Shown piece by piece: positions 13,157 to 26,183 of a stretch of DNA of 64,000 bases. A model generated the notes under the pieces. That model made no database searches. It had not been told where the DNA came from and saw only the letters and a program-made list of their open reading frames with translations. The position numbers were made by a program, and so were the translations under genes. The stretch is from assembly GCA_964270895.1 (NCBI GenBank), contig OZ185444.1, one strand, 5' to 3'. Source of the stretch: Podarcis filfolensis. Its lineage: Eukaryota. Numbering within the stretch: position 1 is the stretch's first letter; each line of letters opens with the position of its first letter.

Positions 13157-15448
13157 TATATCCTTCCATATATATATAACCCATTTGGGTTAAAATAACA
13201 GCTAGCCCATAAGGAGTGATTGGTTGGGTTGAATAGATGGCAAATCAATGTTGAGAAAGGGAGTGGTCCTAGGTGCTGTGATGAAAGTGACTGTGAGGCT
13301 GCTCCTTAGCACAACATCCTTGGATACAAATATTTCTCGAGCCATTGGCTTATTATTAAAGTCCGCTTCTTAGGCAATGGGACCTTGTCAGCAGCTTTCT
13401 GCAACTCTTTTTTTAAAACAAGGGCTTAGATTGCTTTAGGATGAAAGAGTTCTTCTGTTTACTTCTGTCTCCTCTGATCCGTTAACTTTAATAACTACCG
13501 TGAAAATTCGCTTTCTAGATATTGGGAATGAATCAGATGCTTGTTTGGGAAAACAGCCCTTTAAGTTTCATTTTTAATTCAATTTCCTTCCCCTGGATGC
13601 CCCAAAAGCGTAGCTCCTGTGGCCAGCGCCTCCTGCTGCTACTGCTGTGGAGAGTGGAAGCAGTCTCCTGGCGGTGGTGGTACCGGAAAGAGGCACAGGA
13701 AGAGCCGCTGGCTACTGAAGCCATACAGCAGCAGCATTCAGCTCCGCCCTTTGCTCCTCCTGAGGTCCTGATGATGCGTGTGGGATGTTGTCCCCCCCAT
13801 TGCCTTAGCAAGCGGGCACCTCTACTAGGAACATGGCATACCAGCTATTTGACAAAGAAGAGAAGAGCTAAATCAAAGTCACAAAGAACATTTCAACCTG
13901 TTAAAACAGTTAATATACATATTTTTTTAATTTTGTTAAATTAGGCTAGAGCTTATTAGCAGAGCTCACTTGTGTGTGTGATTCTCCACATTAGGGGTTC
14001 ATAGGGAGCCTGTATTTGCTGCTGTGTGGATCAGGATGTATGTCTTCTGAATAAATTGAAAAAGCAAGCAATATGGCACATCAAGTTTTGAAGAAAAAGC
14101 TTTATATCAGACATGTAGGAATTTAATTGCCACTATCATTTGTTTTTAACAAAGATAGCAATACAGCCACTGGGTGGTATTTGGGGGAGTTTTACCCAGA
14201 GTAGACCGGCTGAAATTAGTGGACCTAACTTAGTCATGTTCATCAATTTCAACAGATCTACTTTGAGTTGGCTACTGATACCAAACAATTCACTCTGACA
14301 ACCAATCTAGCATAGATAGAAATTATAAGTATATGAATGTACCAGATTAATCTAATAGTTCTATAGAAGTGCTCAGTAAAAAAGATTTTCCCTTTCCCTT
14401 GGTCTTGGAAAGCCACTTGAACATTTGAGCCCAGTCTTCCAGCTAAATTATGAAATGAACTGTGACTAATCTTACTTTTTAAAAGATCACTTGAATTCTC
14501 TGCAAACCCTTCCATTGTCTGCAAAAGTTCTATTTTAAAGTTCAAAGTACTTGCAAAACCAATAATTTTAGTCTTGTGTTCAGAGTAATATATTTGAAGA
14601 GAAGCTGGCAGCCATAATTTCTGTCTAAGGACTCACTCTCTTGCACATACGTGGAATATACTCTAGATGCATACTGAAAACATATAAGCAGTGAGGAAAA
14701 GTAAGAAGAAAATCCTACTAAAATGTCAAATGTGTTTCACAGTAAATGCTTTTGAAGTATGAAGGATAATACCCAATATTATTGATACAGTCCCATAAAT
14801 GCACATGTTATTTTAAAGAGTTTAATAAGCAGAAGAGACTGGTCCCTGGTCCAAGGAGCTTACTATCTTTTTCATTAAAACTATTTTAGGACCCTGGGAA
14901 AATGTGGAAAGTTTATTTTAAAGAACACCTGGCATGATCCAGCTAAAAGCACTTCTACTGATTTCTGTGAAGGAAATTTAAGCATATGCTTATTTCTCCT
15001 GACAAAATCACTGAGACTTAAAACTACTGAGACTTAAAAGATACTTCACTTGGAATAAATTGTGCCATTCATTAAGAAATGGGAGATCTTTTGCCAAATC
15101 TCCCACCCTTGAAGCTGTCATAAGAAAGACTATTATGACCTATTAGACCTATTAGAAGATAACATTACTTTTGTAGGAAATTTATTACGTGTTTTATGTG
15201 TTTTTATCTTATGCTGGTTTACTGTAGCAGAGAGTATGAGTATGTGTATCTTCTACTTCTGCAGTTGCCCTATTGCCTATCTAGCATGTTTTATTTATGT
15301 ATGGAGGTGCTTTTATATTATGCTGGTCTATAACAATAATAAAGATTTGGATTGGATTGGGTTGTAGGGAATCTGAAATTAACATCCCAGTTCAGCTGTT
15401 TCTTATGGTCAGCAGTAGTGCCTCAACATACCAGATTGAGGGGGTGTA

Positions 15449-15688
15449 CAGTGGTACCTCAGGTTACAGACGCTTCAGGTTACAGATGCTTCAGGTTACA
15501 GACTCTGCTAACCTGGAAGTAGTACCTTGGGTTAAGAACTTTGCTTCAGGATGAGAACAGAAATCGCACAGTGGCAGCAGCGGGAGGCCCCATTAGCTAA
15601 AGTGGTACCTCAGGTTAAGAACAGTTTCAGGTTAAGAATGGCCCTCCAGAACGAATTACCGGTAAGTTCTTAACCCGAGGTACCACTG
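15449..15688 (+). mobile_element. Tc1/mariner (Tigger-like) MITE
   Basis: Same TIRs and TA flanks as 12915. Confidence 0.92.
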
Positions 15689-16693
15689 TACTGTGGATGT
15701 TGGGGTTTTTGTGAGACTCTTGGTTGGCATCCATATGTTTTGGGAGACAATGGAAGAATGCGCCTGATGTCAAGATGAAGGTGCACAGAGTTTATTTATT
15801 TTGCAAGATTTATATAAGAAATTCATAAGAAAATACCAGTTAGATCAACAGACTTTAAAAGCAAGCATAAATAAGAAAGTTATCAAAATATAACTAAAGA
15901 CAACCATTTTAAAAACAAAATATTAATTACATGTTTGGTTGGCTTGCCTAAACTTAAAGGTTTTTTAGGAGGCATTGAAAACAATGCAACAAAAACTCCT
16001 TGCTAATATTGAGAGGCAGGGAGTTCTTGGGTGGCCACATGAACAGAGCAATCCTAAGCATACGAAGCTAGCAGAATTTATGCTGGCTTAAGATAAGACA
16101 GTGTAAGTTACCTCTATTCCAAAATCTGTTCAGGAGCCTTATTACTGTGAGCTGAAGCTGAGTGGGAAAACACCCCTTTAAAATATAGTTTTACCACGAT
16201 TGTTGCCTGAGTTAAGTTCCACAGGATTGCCAGATAACATGACTGAGCTGAAAGAGGTTTGGAATAGGTGTGAGTCTCCCATTGCCCTGTCCTCCCCCGC
16301 CACACCTCCCATTTGGACTTATGCCAGTTTAAGTTTTGCCTCCTTCAGTTCCATTGTCTGAGCTTCAGCTTAGAGAGGTTTCTGAGGAAGTTTCACCAGT
16401 GCAGCTCTTGTGCAGCTGGGGCAGCCCAAGTTCAGTGCATTTGAAACTCACTCATTCCGGGCTTTGGATTGTGTTGTAAATGACTGGTTCCTTGTAAATT
16501 TCCAGTTTTGTACAGCTAAGTGGTCTAGTGGGAATATTTGGGTTTAGTACAATAGTTATCTCTGTTGCAGATTGTTACATTAGATCTGATGTGAAACAAT
16601 AACCTACCCTGATTTTTTGTTAGTAGGAGCTTAGGTTGGTTTCTACTATCCTGTAGCTCTTTCCCTCAGTTTGTTTACTAACAGGGCAATCCA

Positions 16694-16945
16694 GGGAGCC
16701 AGCATGGTGTAGTGGTTAGGAGTGGTGGACTCGTAATCTTGTGAACCGGGTTCGCGTCTCCGCTCCTCCACATGCAGCTGCTGGGTGACCTTGGGCCAGT
16801 CACACTTCTCTGAAGTCTCTCAGCCCCACTCACCTCACAGAGTGTTTGTTGTGAGGGAGGAAGGGAAGGAGATTGTTAGCCGCTTAATGGGAGTGAAAGG
16901 TGGGATATCAAGTCCAAACTCCAACTCCTCCTCTTCTTCTTCTTC
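16694..16945 (+). mobile_element. tRNA-head SINE (Squam3-like)
   Basis: A-box-like tggtgtagtggtt, B-box-like gggttcgcgtc, MIR-like gctgggtgaccttgggccagtcac core, (CTT)n tail. Confidence 0.8.
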
Positions 16946-19900
16946 TGTTGTACAGTCGGCTCAGCTGAGTTCAGTGGGGCATATTCCCAGGAAAGAAATT
17001 TGAGTGTTACAACATAAAAGTATATTACTAATAATATTGTGTTCTTGTTTCTACTTTGATCTTGCTCTACTGAAAATGTCTTGCCTTGAGCGATGTAGTG
17101 CAGTGATATTGGATGGTATTGGATTTGATCAGTTTTTGTAGGAAAGATCTTCAAGGAAAAATTACATTTTGTAGGATGTGAACCTTATAACCCATAGGAG
17201 CTTCTCTCAGCTCTGCAGCGGAACTGAAACACACACTTGCCAGCTATTGCATGCCATTGACAGCCTTATTCTTATCCTGCATGAATTGATCTAAGCCGTC
17301 CAAGTTTGTGACAATCACTGCCTCCTGAGGGGGGTGAGTTGCATAGTTTAACTGTGGACTGTGGCCTATATTTGTATCTTGCTTTTCCACCGAGAAGCTC
17401 AAGGTTGGGTATATTTTCTTTTCCTCCCCCCTTTTATTTTTGTGAATAATGATTCCCCACCCCCCAGCTTCCTATGAATATGGAATATCTCAGTTTAACC
17501 TACAGTACTGCCTAGTACTATCATATTGCCTTTATACAAGTTGTTAAGTTATCTATAGTTATACTTTGCGAATGACTTATTTGGCATCTGTTCAAATTGC
17601 ACAGCACTATTTTGATTTCTGTTTCTTCTCCCACGGTGCTGTCTGCTGCTTTCCTTCTGATAGTCAGGAGTGTCACCCTTCCAGTGTGGTAAATCAGGAC
17701 CTCCCCCCAAACACTGCAGAACTCAATGTAATTAGGGTTCTTTCTGATACACAAAGCCATCTAGCAGAAAAGGATCAATCCAACTTGTCTCCCACAATAT
17801 CTGCCCTTTGATTCTTCACATCAGCTTGACATGCGGTGTAGGAAATAAGAGGCCTGAACTGCGGGATGCTGCCTTCCGAGGCATTGAGTGTTCTGTAAAC
17901 TAAAATTTGTCTCTCAGAGGGTCAAAACCAAAGGTTAGCAAGCTGAGTTAAAAGCAGAAATGCTGCTTCAATATAATTTATATCAGGGCCTGGCTGCTTA
18001 AGAACACTAGGGGATGTTTTGTAATAATGTCAGGCAGAAATAAGTCACAGCAAATTAAAAAAAATAAAAACATTTTTAAAATAGATTTATTTAAATTTCT
18101 AACACACTCTGTCTGTATGACTCTAGTTTAAAACACACATCACACCTGTGAGATTGAATACATACACACACAAACAAACATACACACAAAAAATATCTGC
18201 AGAATTCCAAGATAATCAGAAATTTAATCATGACTACTGAAATCTAGCTTAAAGTCATAAGATAAAGGGTTCATAGTGTAGTGGTGGCCAAACTTTTCTT
18301 TTTTTAAAAAAAATATTTTTATTAATAGGCCAAGCAAATCACATTAATTCCAAATCACATTCATTCCAAATTTTACAGCCAAATTTTTAAAATTTTTGTT
18401 GGGGGTACCCATACTTCAAGCTCCGAAAGGGGTCCAAACATCACTCTTGCTGCTGCTTTGATTAAACAGAAAATAACAAAAAGACTATCTGGATAGAACT
18501 GGATAGAACTGTTTAATCACCCTTATGTTTTTAAAGCAGTGTCTCTAGGAATTATGTTTTAAAAGGAGGCACATAATTTTATCCTTTATCATTCTTAAAG
18601 TCATCGCTTTCTTTCTGGTCAGAAACAGTTTTCCAGTTTATCATTGCAATATTTATTTCAGTCCTGCCAGTGTCTTTACACTGTTCATATACCAAATAAA
18701 TTTACTTCAGTCTCTTTGGAATGTTTGGTTACTTTCCCAACACTGTTAGAAACTTTTTAATTGCTGAACACCTCAGGTGCCCTAGCAACAATGGTCATGT
18801 TAATTGACCATTTTTATATATTTTCCATAGAGCAACTACAGTTACAGTATATGTGTTTTACCAAATGAGGTGGAAGTATAGATATTTATAATAGCGTAAT
18901 CATACTTGCTGTTTCAGTCTCCTGAATGCCAGCTGTCATTTTAAAATTTGTTTTTCAATCTCCCTTCTGTTTTTAAAGCAGTGTCTCTAGGAATTATGTG
19001 TCTCCTTTTAAAATACTGACTACATTAGCTTGCCATGGTAAGCTATGGTTAATGATTTAGCATTAATGCACAGATCAATGCTGCATCACTCTTTCTCGCT
19101 AGTGAATGGAAACAACAACCGATGACTCTTAGTCTTGCCTTAGTGTTATGTCCAAACCTTGGCTTCAGATCATAGCCCCCATTTTGAATGTACTGCTAAG
19201 TTAAGAGTTATGATTCATTGTTCCTGCTTGCTAGCAAGGAGAAGAGAAGAGAGAGAACCAATCTTTGTATTTGAAGTAAACAATTAATGATGGCTTAACA
19301 TGACACCAGAGTGCCCCCATTGTGGTTGGAGAGCAAAATTGCAAAGGCAAGAGACCTCAGAAGAACCCAGTGTTTTGGAAAAGCTATTTTTCTAAGTAAA
19401 TACCAATTAGGTTTATTTTAATCTGCAGCAAAATCTTAATGAATTAATTATACTAAGTTGAGCTTAATCAAGTGAAACTAACTAGCTACAATAAGAATCT
19501 GTTATTAGGTCCATTACTTAATTAATATGAAATCATGATGCACGTTCCATGGAGAATGATAAGACCTTTAATACTTGAATTGCAAACATTTTTAATAGCC
19601 TAGTCCTTGCTCTGTGTCCATACCATTCTGTGTAAGCTGATATACAGACCCACAATGACCTTGTGGTTTGTCCTGGGCTGTAGAACAAATTCAGGTATGC
19701 CTAGCACAACGTTTTGTATCAGCACTGTCTTGGGGTTCATGAATGGATTCCTGAGGAGGGGGATTGGTGCTAGATTTCCCTGTGCCATAACACCTCTGCT
19801 CTTTGAGATTCAGCCAATCCTCATTGCCCTTAGTTTTATGTCTTGTGCTGCATCAGGGCCATGGGATTGGAGAACACAGAGCTGACCTTAAAGAAGTTGG

Positions 19901-20211
19901 CAACAGGCACTGGAATAAATCCTTTTGATATGCTTCTAAATATTTATTTGGTTAGTTCAAGTTGGTTAACTTTACTCTCTGAATTGACAAACCATGACCA
20001 TGTTTGGGTTTTCTCTCTGTGTGAGATGCTGAGACTTCGCTTTCTTGCTGTTGCTGCACAGAGTTTTGAAATGATAAGTCATTGGGCTGGAGCTGGAGGG
20101 AAGCATGTGGACTGGAGGCTAGAAGAAACTGACTTCCCTGCCCCTCCCTCCCAGCAGCTCCCCCCATTGAGTGTTGGGGACCAGCTGAATGGGATGAGCT
20201 ATGGCATAGAG

Positions 20212-20347
20212 CAGGCATGGCCAAACTTGGCCCTCCAGATGTTTTGGGACTACAACTCCCACCATCCCTAGCTAAAAGGACCAGTGGTCAGGGATGATGG
20301 GAAGTGTAGTCCCAAAACATCTGGAGGGCCAAGTTTGGCCATGCCTG
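20212..20347. mobile_element. Palindromic hAT-type MITE
   Basis: TIR CAGGCATGGCCAAACTTGG, perfect 8-bp TSD gcatagag at 20204-20211 and 20348-20355. Confidence 0.95.
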
Positions 20348-20920
20348 GCATAGAGGAAGGAGGGTGAAGGGGGGTGTCCCAAAAATCAGCCAAAGGGACT
20401 TCCCACAAACGTGTTTTTTGCTAGATGCAGCCATTGCGTAGGTAGCTATGTACAAACAAGAAATACAATTGAATGTCAATAAAACCACATTTTGTTTTGA
20501 ATGCAGTCTGACAGGTTTCTTGTAATGTAGCCCCTGGTGCTTTATATCTTCAGAATTCTTTGCCATACCACCAAGATGTTGACATTAGACTGGACATTCC
20601 AGGAAGCATTTGATGACAGAAGATGTGATAAGAGTTTAATACAAAATGTAGAAGTTTCTTTATCTTTTTTGAAAAGGGTGATCTTCTGGTAGTTCTTTGA
20701 AAGCACCTGTTGAAATCCTTAAAAAGAAGAAGAATACAACGAGGCAAAATGGTCGTGATATAACTTAAAACAGCATGCAAGCATTGTCTGTGGATTTTCA
20801 TTCCAGATAGCTGGAGGAGGTGTGGCACCTTTTAGGAGAGGAACAAAACAAGACTAGCTTGCTTTAGAGCCCTTAAAATACAATGACAGCCACCAGCCAC
20901 AGTCATCTGGTGAAATGGAA

Positions 20921-21068
20921 TAGAATCATAAAATTGTAAAGTTGGAAGGGAAACAAGGGTAAATCTAGCTCACCCCTCTGTAATGCAGGAATCTTTCACC
21001 CTACATGGGGCTCAAACCCCCAACCTGGAGTGAGATTAACAGTCTCATACTCTACAGACTAAGCTATC
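20921..21068 (-). mobile_element. Short tRNA-head SINE with CR1-type 3' end (Squam2-like)
   Basis: Reverse strand reads gatagcttagtctgtagag...ggtttgagcccc (tRNA-like) then gattcctgcattaca...ccttccaac...atgattcta (CR1-like tail). Confidence 0.65.
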
Positions 21069-21879
21069 ACAGTTTTCAGGATATGATCGTGCATTTTAAA
21101 GTGGTGAAGAAAAGCAGGAAAATGTTTTTCAAAGTAGCACTTCAAACTGGCCTTTAGGCAGGGCAATGGAAACTTTATAGCATGTGCAAGTTAGAATGTG
21201 GTTTCTTTGCATTATAATGAAAGCTACATTTTCCCACACTGGCTCCGTCAGACTTCCATTTGACAGTCCTTATGAGTTGGACTGGATGACAATTCATTCT
21301 ACTCTGTTTCTGGTACCACTTTTCCTGTTTGTTCACTTGTCTTAGCTTCCCAAACACCTGCAGCTGAAAGCCTTGATCTTTTCTTCTTTTACTCTATCCA
21401 CAAAATTTGGCTGCAGTAGAGGAATGGTTGTGAGAAAACAAAAGCTTGCATCTTTTTCTTTGTTTCTTGATTACTTCTGTTTTGACTTTCTATGTGGATG
21501 GCCAAGAAAAGCTAATTTGCAAGTTTAGGAAGAACAAGAGGGTTGGGGGTAGGCCCTTGACTCCTGCATGTTGCCAGGCTAATGGTGTACTAAACTGGCA
21601 CCCCGGGGGCCCGTTTAAAGAGACAGCAGTGTGCCAGGTTGAAAGGAAGTGAACATTCTGCTGTTTACTTCTCCGTTACCTTTGCAAACTCCCCTGCCAT
21701 CTGGGCCCTGCTCCTCTCTGAAGGACAAAGGGAAAGGCACTGATTATCACTGCTGCTACCCTTACAAGACGGTTGCACTATCAGATGTCCGGGGACATAG
21801 TTGGACTTCTTCTGGTAGCAGGACTTGCAGTTTCTGGGCCTCTCTCTATCTGTGTGTTGAGTTTTATTAAGAACCAATC

Positions 21880-22110
21880 ACTCTTCCATTGTAGACCTCA
21901 TTTCAGTAGACTCCCTGCAGACGGGCAGGAGTCAAGATATAGCCTGGCTTCACCCAATGCCTAAGCCAAACCCGCTCACATCTGTAACCAATAAGGTTGT
22001 GGCCTATTTGAACCCATAAACCAAAACACTTGTGTCACTGTGTTTTTTTGTTCTCCTGGGAACTTTGTGGCTTGGGTGCCTTGGCACGCAAAGCACGACT
22101 CACTCTTCCA
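21880..22110 (+). mobile_element. LTR-like element, unclassified family (related to 57102 and 58811)
   Basis: Shares ccaatgcctaagccaa...tgtaa(c/t)caataa(g/a)gttgtggcc...cccat with 59157-59227. Left boundary uncertain, may extend to about 21550. Confidence 0.55.
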
Positions 22111-25100
22111 CTGTAGCCCTCATTTCATGGCCCGTTTAAGCTTCTTTCCAACCTGCAATTTATACGGGCTTGGAGGAATGACAATGGATTTTACTTCCTG
22201 TTTCTGTATCCTGGTAGGTGACGCCATTCTCCTCCAGTTCCTTTAATTGATTCTGTGTCCTCGTCTCTTCCTCTTCCAGCCTTCCCCATTGTTCCCCTGG
22301 CTTCCCATTGTTGCTTTAATTTTCCTGGCTCTTCCTGCAGTGCGTAAGCAGGATGGGAGAAGACAGAGGATTTTAACAAACTCCTTTACCAGTGAGTAAA
22401 TTTCCCTTTCATGTCTGCTGTGTCTTCTTCTAGTCGCATCCTCCATCACTTGTTCTGTAGCTGATGCCATTGTACAAAGAGCAAATGGACTGTGGTGTAA
22501 TTTGACTGGTGCGTTTGCAGTCCTGGGAATGATGAGTACCAGGAGAAATATTAGGAGTAAAGCATCTTCAGACGTTTTATTTATCTATTGGATTTCTTAC
22601 CTGCCCTTCACAATAAGGTCTAAGGGTGAGCTACCACAGAATAAAAATGCAATAGTAAAATCAGTTAAAACAATTTTTAATGCTATATATCCAACTATCC
22701 AAGGCCATGTGTTTTCAACATACAACAAAAGCTACAAAGTGAGGTGCCAGATTCACCTTTGTGGGGAGGGAATTCCACAACACAGGAGCTGCCACAGAGA
22801 ATGTTGTCTCCCAGGCTGCCACCCGACCCCCAAACTTCTATAGGCAGTGGGATTTAGTAAGAAAAAGGCTGAAATGCATATCATCCACACAAAAAAACAT
22901 TTTCACCTTTATTTCTGGTTTGATGAATGAAAGCACATAGCGGAATGTTTCCAATTGTTTGGGCTTAAAACTATCTTTGCAGCTCACAATTTATAGAGGA
23001 TATATGTATATAATGTAGCCTGGGGTAACACAGGGTAACAAGTTTACAAAACAAAACGTAGGTCAGTTAATAGAGATGTGTTGCTGCAGTAACACCTTTT
23101 ATTATACTGATATATTAAACTGATGCATTAAAAGCTGATGGACCACTTTTGAGATGCCATATCTACTGAACGAGGCAATCTGAAGCAAGACCAGTGCATT
23201 AGATTTTAAAATCTAGAGGAATTTTTTTTTTTATTGAAAATGGAAACTGTATTATTTTAATGTAAATATTCATTGGCTATAAAGTACAAATTAAGAGGTT
23301 GATAACATGAGCCCATTTCACCATTTTCCAGCAGAAATGTGGAGTGTGCCCTTTAGGTAATGAAGCACCACTTGATGAAACCATTTTGGTATCTTGCTAA
23401 TTAGAACAGATTTACATGTGTGCAGGGTTCACAGTGGGGTGATGTTAGGCTAAGGCTCTTGCTACGTAAGTTACTATTCCATAATGTACCAGGCAGAGTT
23501 TTCAGCCTTTAATTTAAATAATAATCCACTGAGTAAAGTTACACCATGAAGAAATAATGTATTGCACCAGTGTTACCTGCTCTGAATGGTTATGTGAGCT
23601 CTTGCCTTTTTAGTTGTCAGTCTTAGGAATTCTGCTGTTGAGCTAAATGTAGGCTCATGATTGAAGAAATGACTTGAGGAAAAGATCTATAGTGGTCTAT
23701 TACCTGGTTTTACAGGCCATTTGTGGGAAAGAGAGAGGACTGCTTTGATACATAAGGTCTAATGAACAAGTGCCCCAATCTTCACCTGCTAAACTACTCT
23801 GTGGTTCTCTTGCTTTACACCACTAGGCTGGCAACAGGTAAGGGAGAAGAAGAGCATGTGGAACTCTGCAGGGGCCCAGGAGTTTTAGTTGCTAGCTGCT
23901 ACTCTAGATATACACAATAAAGATAAAACAACTTTTATATTAAAACAACAACGGTGGTTGTATCCACTGTTAGTCATACTCAGAACAGACCAACTGAAAT
24001 TAGTAGGCAAGACTTTCTTCAGCCTATTAATTTCAAGCCTAGTAGGATACAAGCCAACATTTTCAGTGCTATAATTCGGTTAATTTTTATACATATTTGT
24101 CACGGTACATTTATATCTATGTAGACAGCTGTGTGTACATGGATAGGCAAAAAGGCAAGCTGTGCATTTTATTAAATAAATACTGAAGAGTTGGGAAGGG
24201 TGTATGGAAGGTTTTGAACTATACAGATCTCTCTCATATAGATTGGAAAGACACAAGCTGCACAGATATTCATTGAGCAAACTATGGATTAAACTGTTTC
24301 CCTTCAGGTGGAAAGGCATCTCATTCATAATGCTTTCAAAATAAGAATTTTCTGAACAGTAATAAATTGAATTAAGGCAAAGTTGGTTTGTGTATCCTTA
24401 TTGGATTATTTTCTTGATTATCTCCAGAGGAGCATTACAGTGGGAGCCAGTGTATCTTCTGATTTTTTATGTAATCTGGTATTTAAAAAATATCTTGGCA
24501 ATTATTTCTCTAGCCTTGAACACAGTCACCTTCATATTTATGATAATTATTTTATAGTTCTACTGTCTACTATTTTGTGATGCTAAGCTACAGACATTAA
24601 AAAAACCAGTAGTAATATGTAAGCTACTGGCCATGAGTCCTTTTACCTTTTTTTGTGTGGTGGTAAATTCCATTCCTTGATGAAAAGGGTAGAAAAGGGA
24701 AAAGGGAAGAGACTCTGTGTGCTAATAATCAGGCTTGAAGGTAAGGAATGGCAAGTTGTTAAAATAGCTAACTAATGATAAATAAATACAAAGTTGAAAT
24801 GGAAAGCTGTCGGGCACCATCCAATAGTTAGTTCCACACTTTGCACGTGGGCTGTGAAAATTATTATAGGATTTTCAGGGGGATTTATCTTTCACTCTGT
24901 TGTGTAAATAGAAGATGTACAATGACTAAGCCAGAGCAGTGCTGAGCAGCTGAAAATGTGCTGTTGCAACAAGATATCCTCAAACCAATAAAAGTAAATC
25001 CTGTATTTCAAATTAAACCCCATACACTTCATCCTAAAGCCCCAACGCCTTTTACGTTTCCCTTTCTTTTGAAAAGTGCTGCTGACTGTTGTATCTTGTG

Positions 25101-25398
25101 CTCCCTTTTGGCAACTTCTCCTTGGTCTCTTAAAGCGTCATTTATCAGCTGTCCAGGCTACATTTTTCATCCTCTCGTCTCGTGTCTCGGATTGTCTGGC
25201 TGTCTTCTCATCTACTTTGTTGTTCTTCTAAAGCCCTCTGGCAGTATCCTTCTCGGGCAACTTTTTCAGTTCTTTCCTTGAGAATCAGTCCCTCAGCTTT
25301 CTTTTCTTCTGCTACTACCCAAATGGTTTGCTTTGTCCTCCACTTGACTGGCTACTCTAGTCACCACATTAAGCTGTTATATCAGTGACTGCATCACA

Positions 25399-25586
25399 AG
25401 AAGGTGCCTTTTAGCTTAGCCAGACCATTGGGTGCATCTAGCTCATTAGGGTCTACACTGACTTGCGGTGACTTCCCAGGGTTCCATACAGGGACCTTTC
25501 CCAGCACTACCCAGAGATGCCAGGAATTGGACCTGGAACCTTCTGCATTCAAACCATGTGCCGCTAAGTGAACTATGGCCCTTCCC
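25399..25586 (-). mobile_element. tRNA-head SINE with CR1-like tail
   Basis: Reverse strand gggaagggccatagttca...gcagaaggttccaggtccaattcctggcatctc...gagctagatgcacccaatggtctg. Confidence 0.7.
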
Positions 25587-25885
25587 ACTAGTTTAGATCT
25601 GGCACAAAATCATGCCCAAAGCATGGAAACAGATGATACAAGAGAGTCACAAGTACAGTAGAGATTTTACCAGCTGTGCTAAAGATCCTTTATATTGTGA
25701 TCTGATGAATTGATCCCAGGCATTTATACATGTGACATGTTGAACATATTGAGCTTTGACCCTCTAAATATATTTAAACCAATAGTATAAGGTGTCATCA
25801 GTATTTGTTTTGGTCAGCCACTTTTCTCCTGGATGTTTGTTTTTATACATACAAGCTATAGACAAAGACAAACTTAGGCTACATT

Positions 25886-26183
25886 AAGGTAAAGGTAAAG
25901 GGATCCCTGACCATTAGGTCCAGTTGTGGACGACTCTGGGGTTGCATGCTCATCTTTCTCTGTAGGCCGAGGGAGCCAGCGTTTGTCCACAGATAGCTTC
26001 TGGGTCATGTGGCCAGCATGACTAAGCCGCTTCTGGCGAACCAGAGCAGCGCACGGAAACACCGTTTACCTTCCTGCCGGAGTGGTACCTATTTATCTAC
26101 TTGCACTTTGACATGCTTTCGAACTGCTAAGTTGGCAGGAGCAGGGACCAAGCAATGGGAGCTCACCCCGTCATGGGAATTCG
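25886..26183 (-). mobile_element. 5'-truncated Sauria SINE
   Basis: (aaggta)n tail followed by the Sauria body in reverse. Confidence 0.92.

Noticed and set aside
16082-16551. Possible Gypsy solo LTR (TGT...ACA, flanks acag/atag)
   Set aside because: The ends were chosen after the fact, the TSD is imperfect and there is no second copy in the window.
16694-16780. tRNA-like heads (also at 21000-21068, 25500-25586, 32513, 43633, 52554) as tRNA genes
   Set aside because: No complete cloverleaf, and each continues into a SINE body.
24960-25370. Pyrimidine-rich stretch resembling an LTR or LINE ORF1 in reverse
   Set aside because: No diagnostic motif or termini; cannot be classified by eye.
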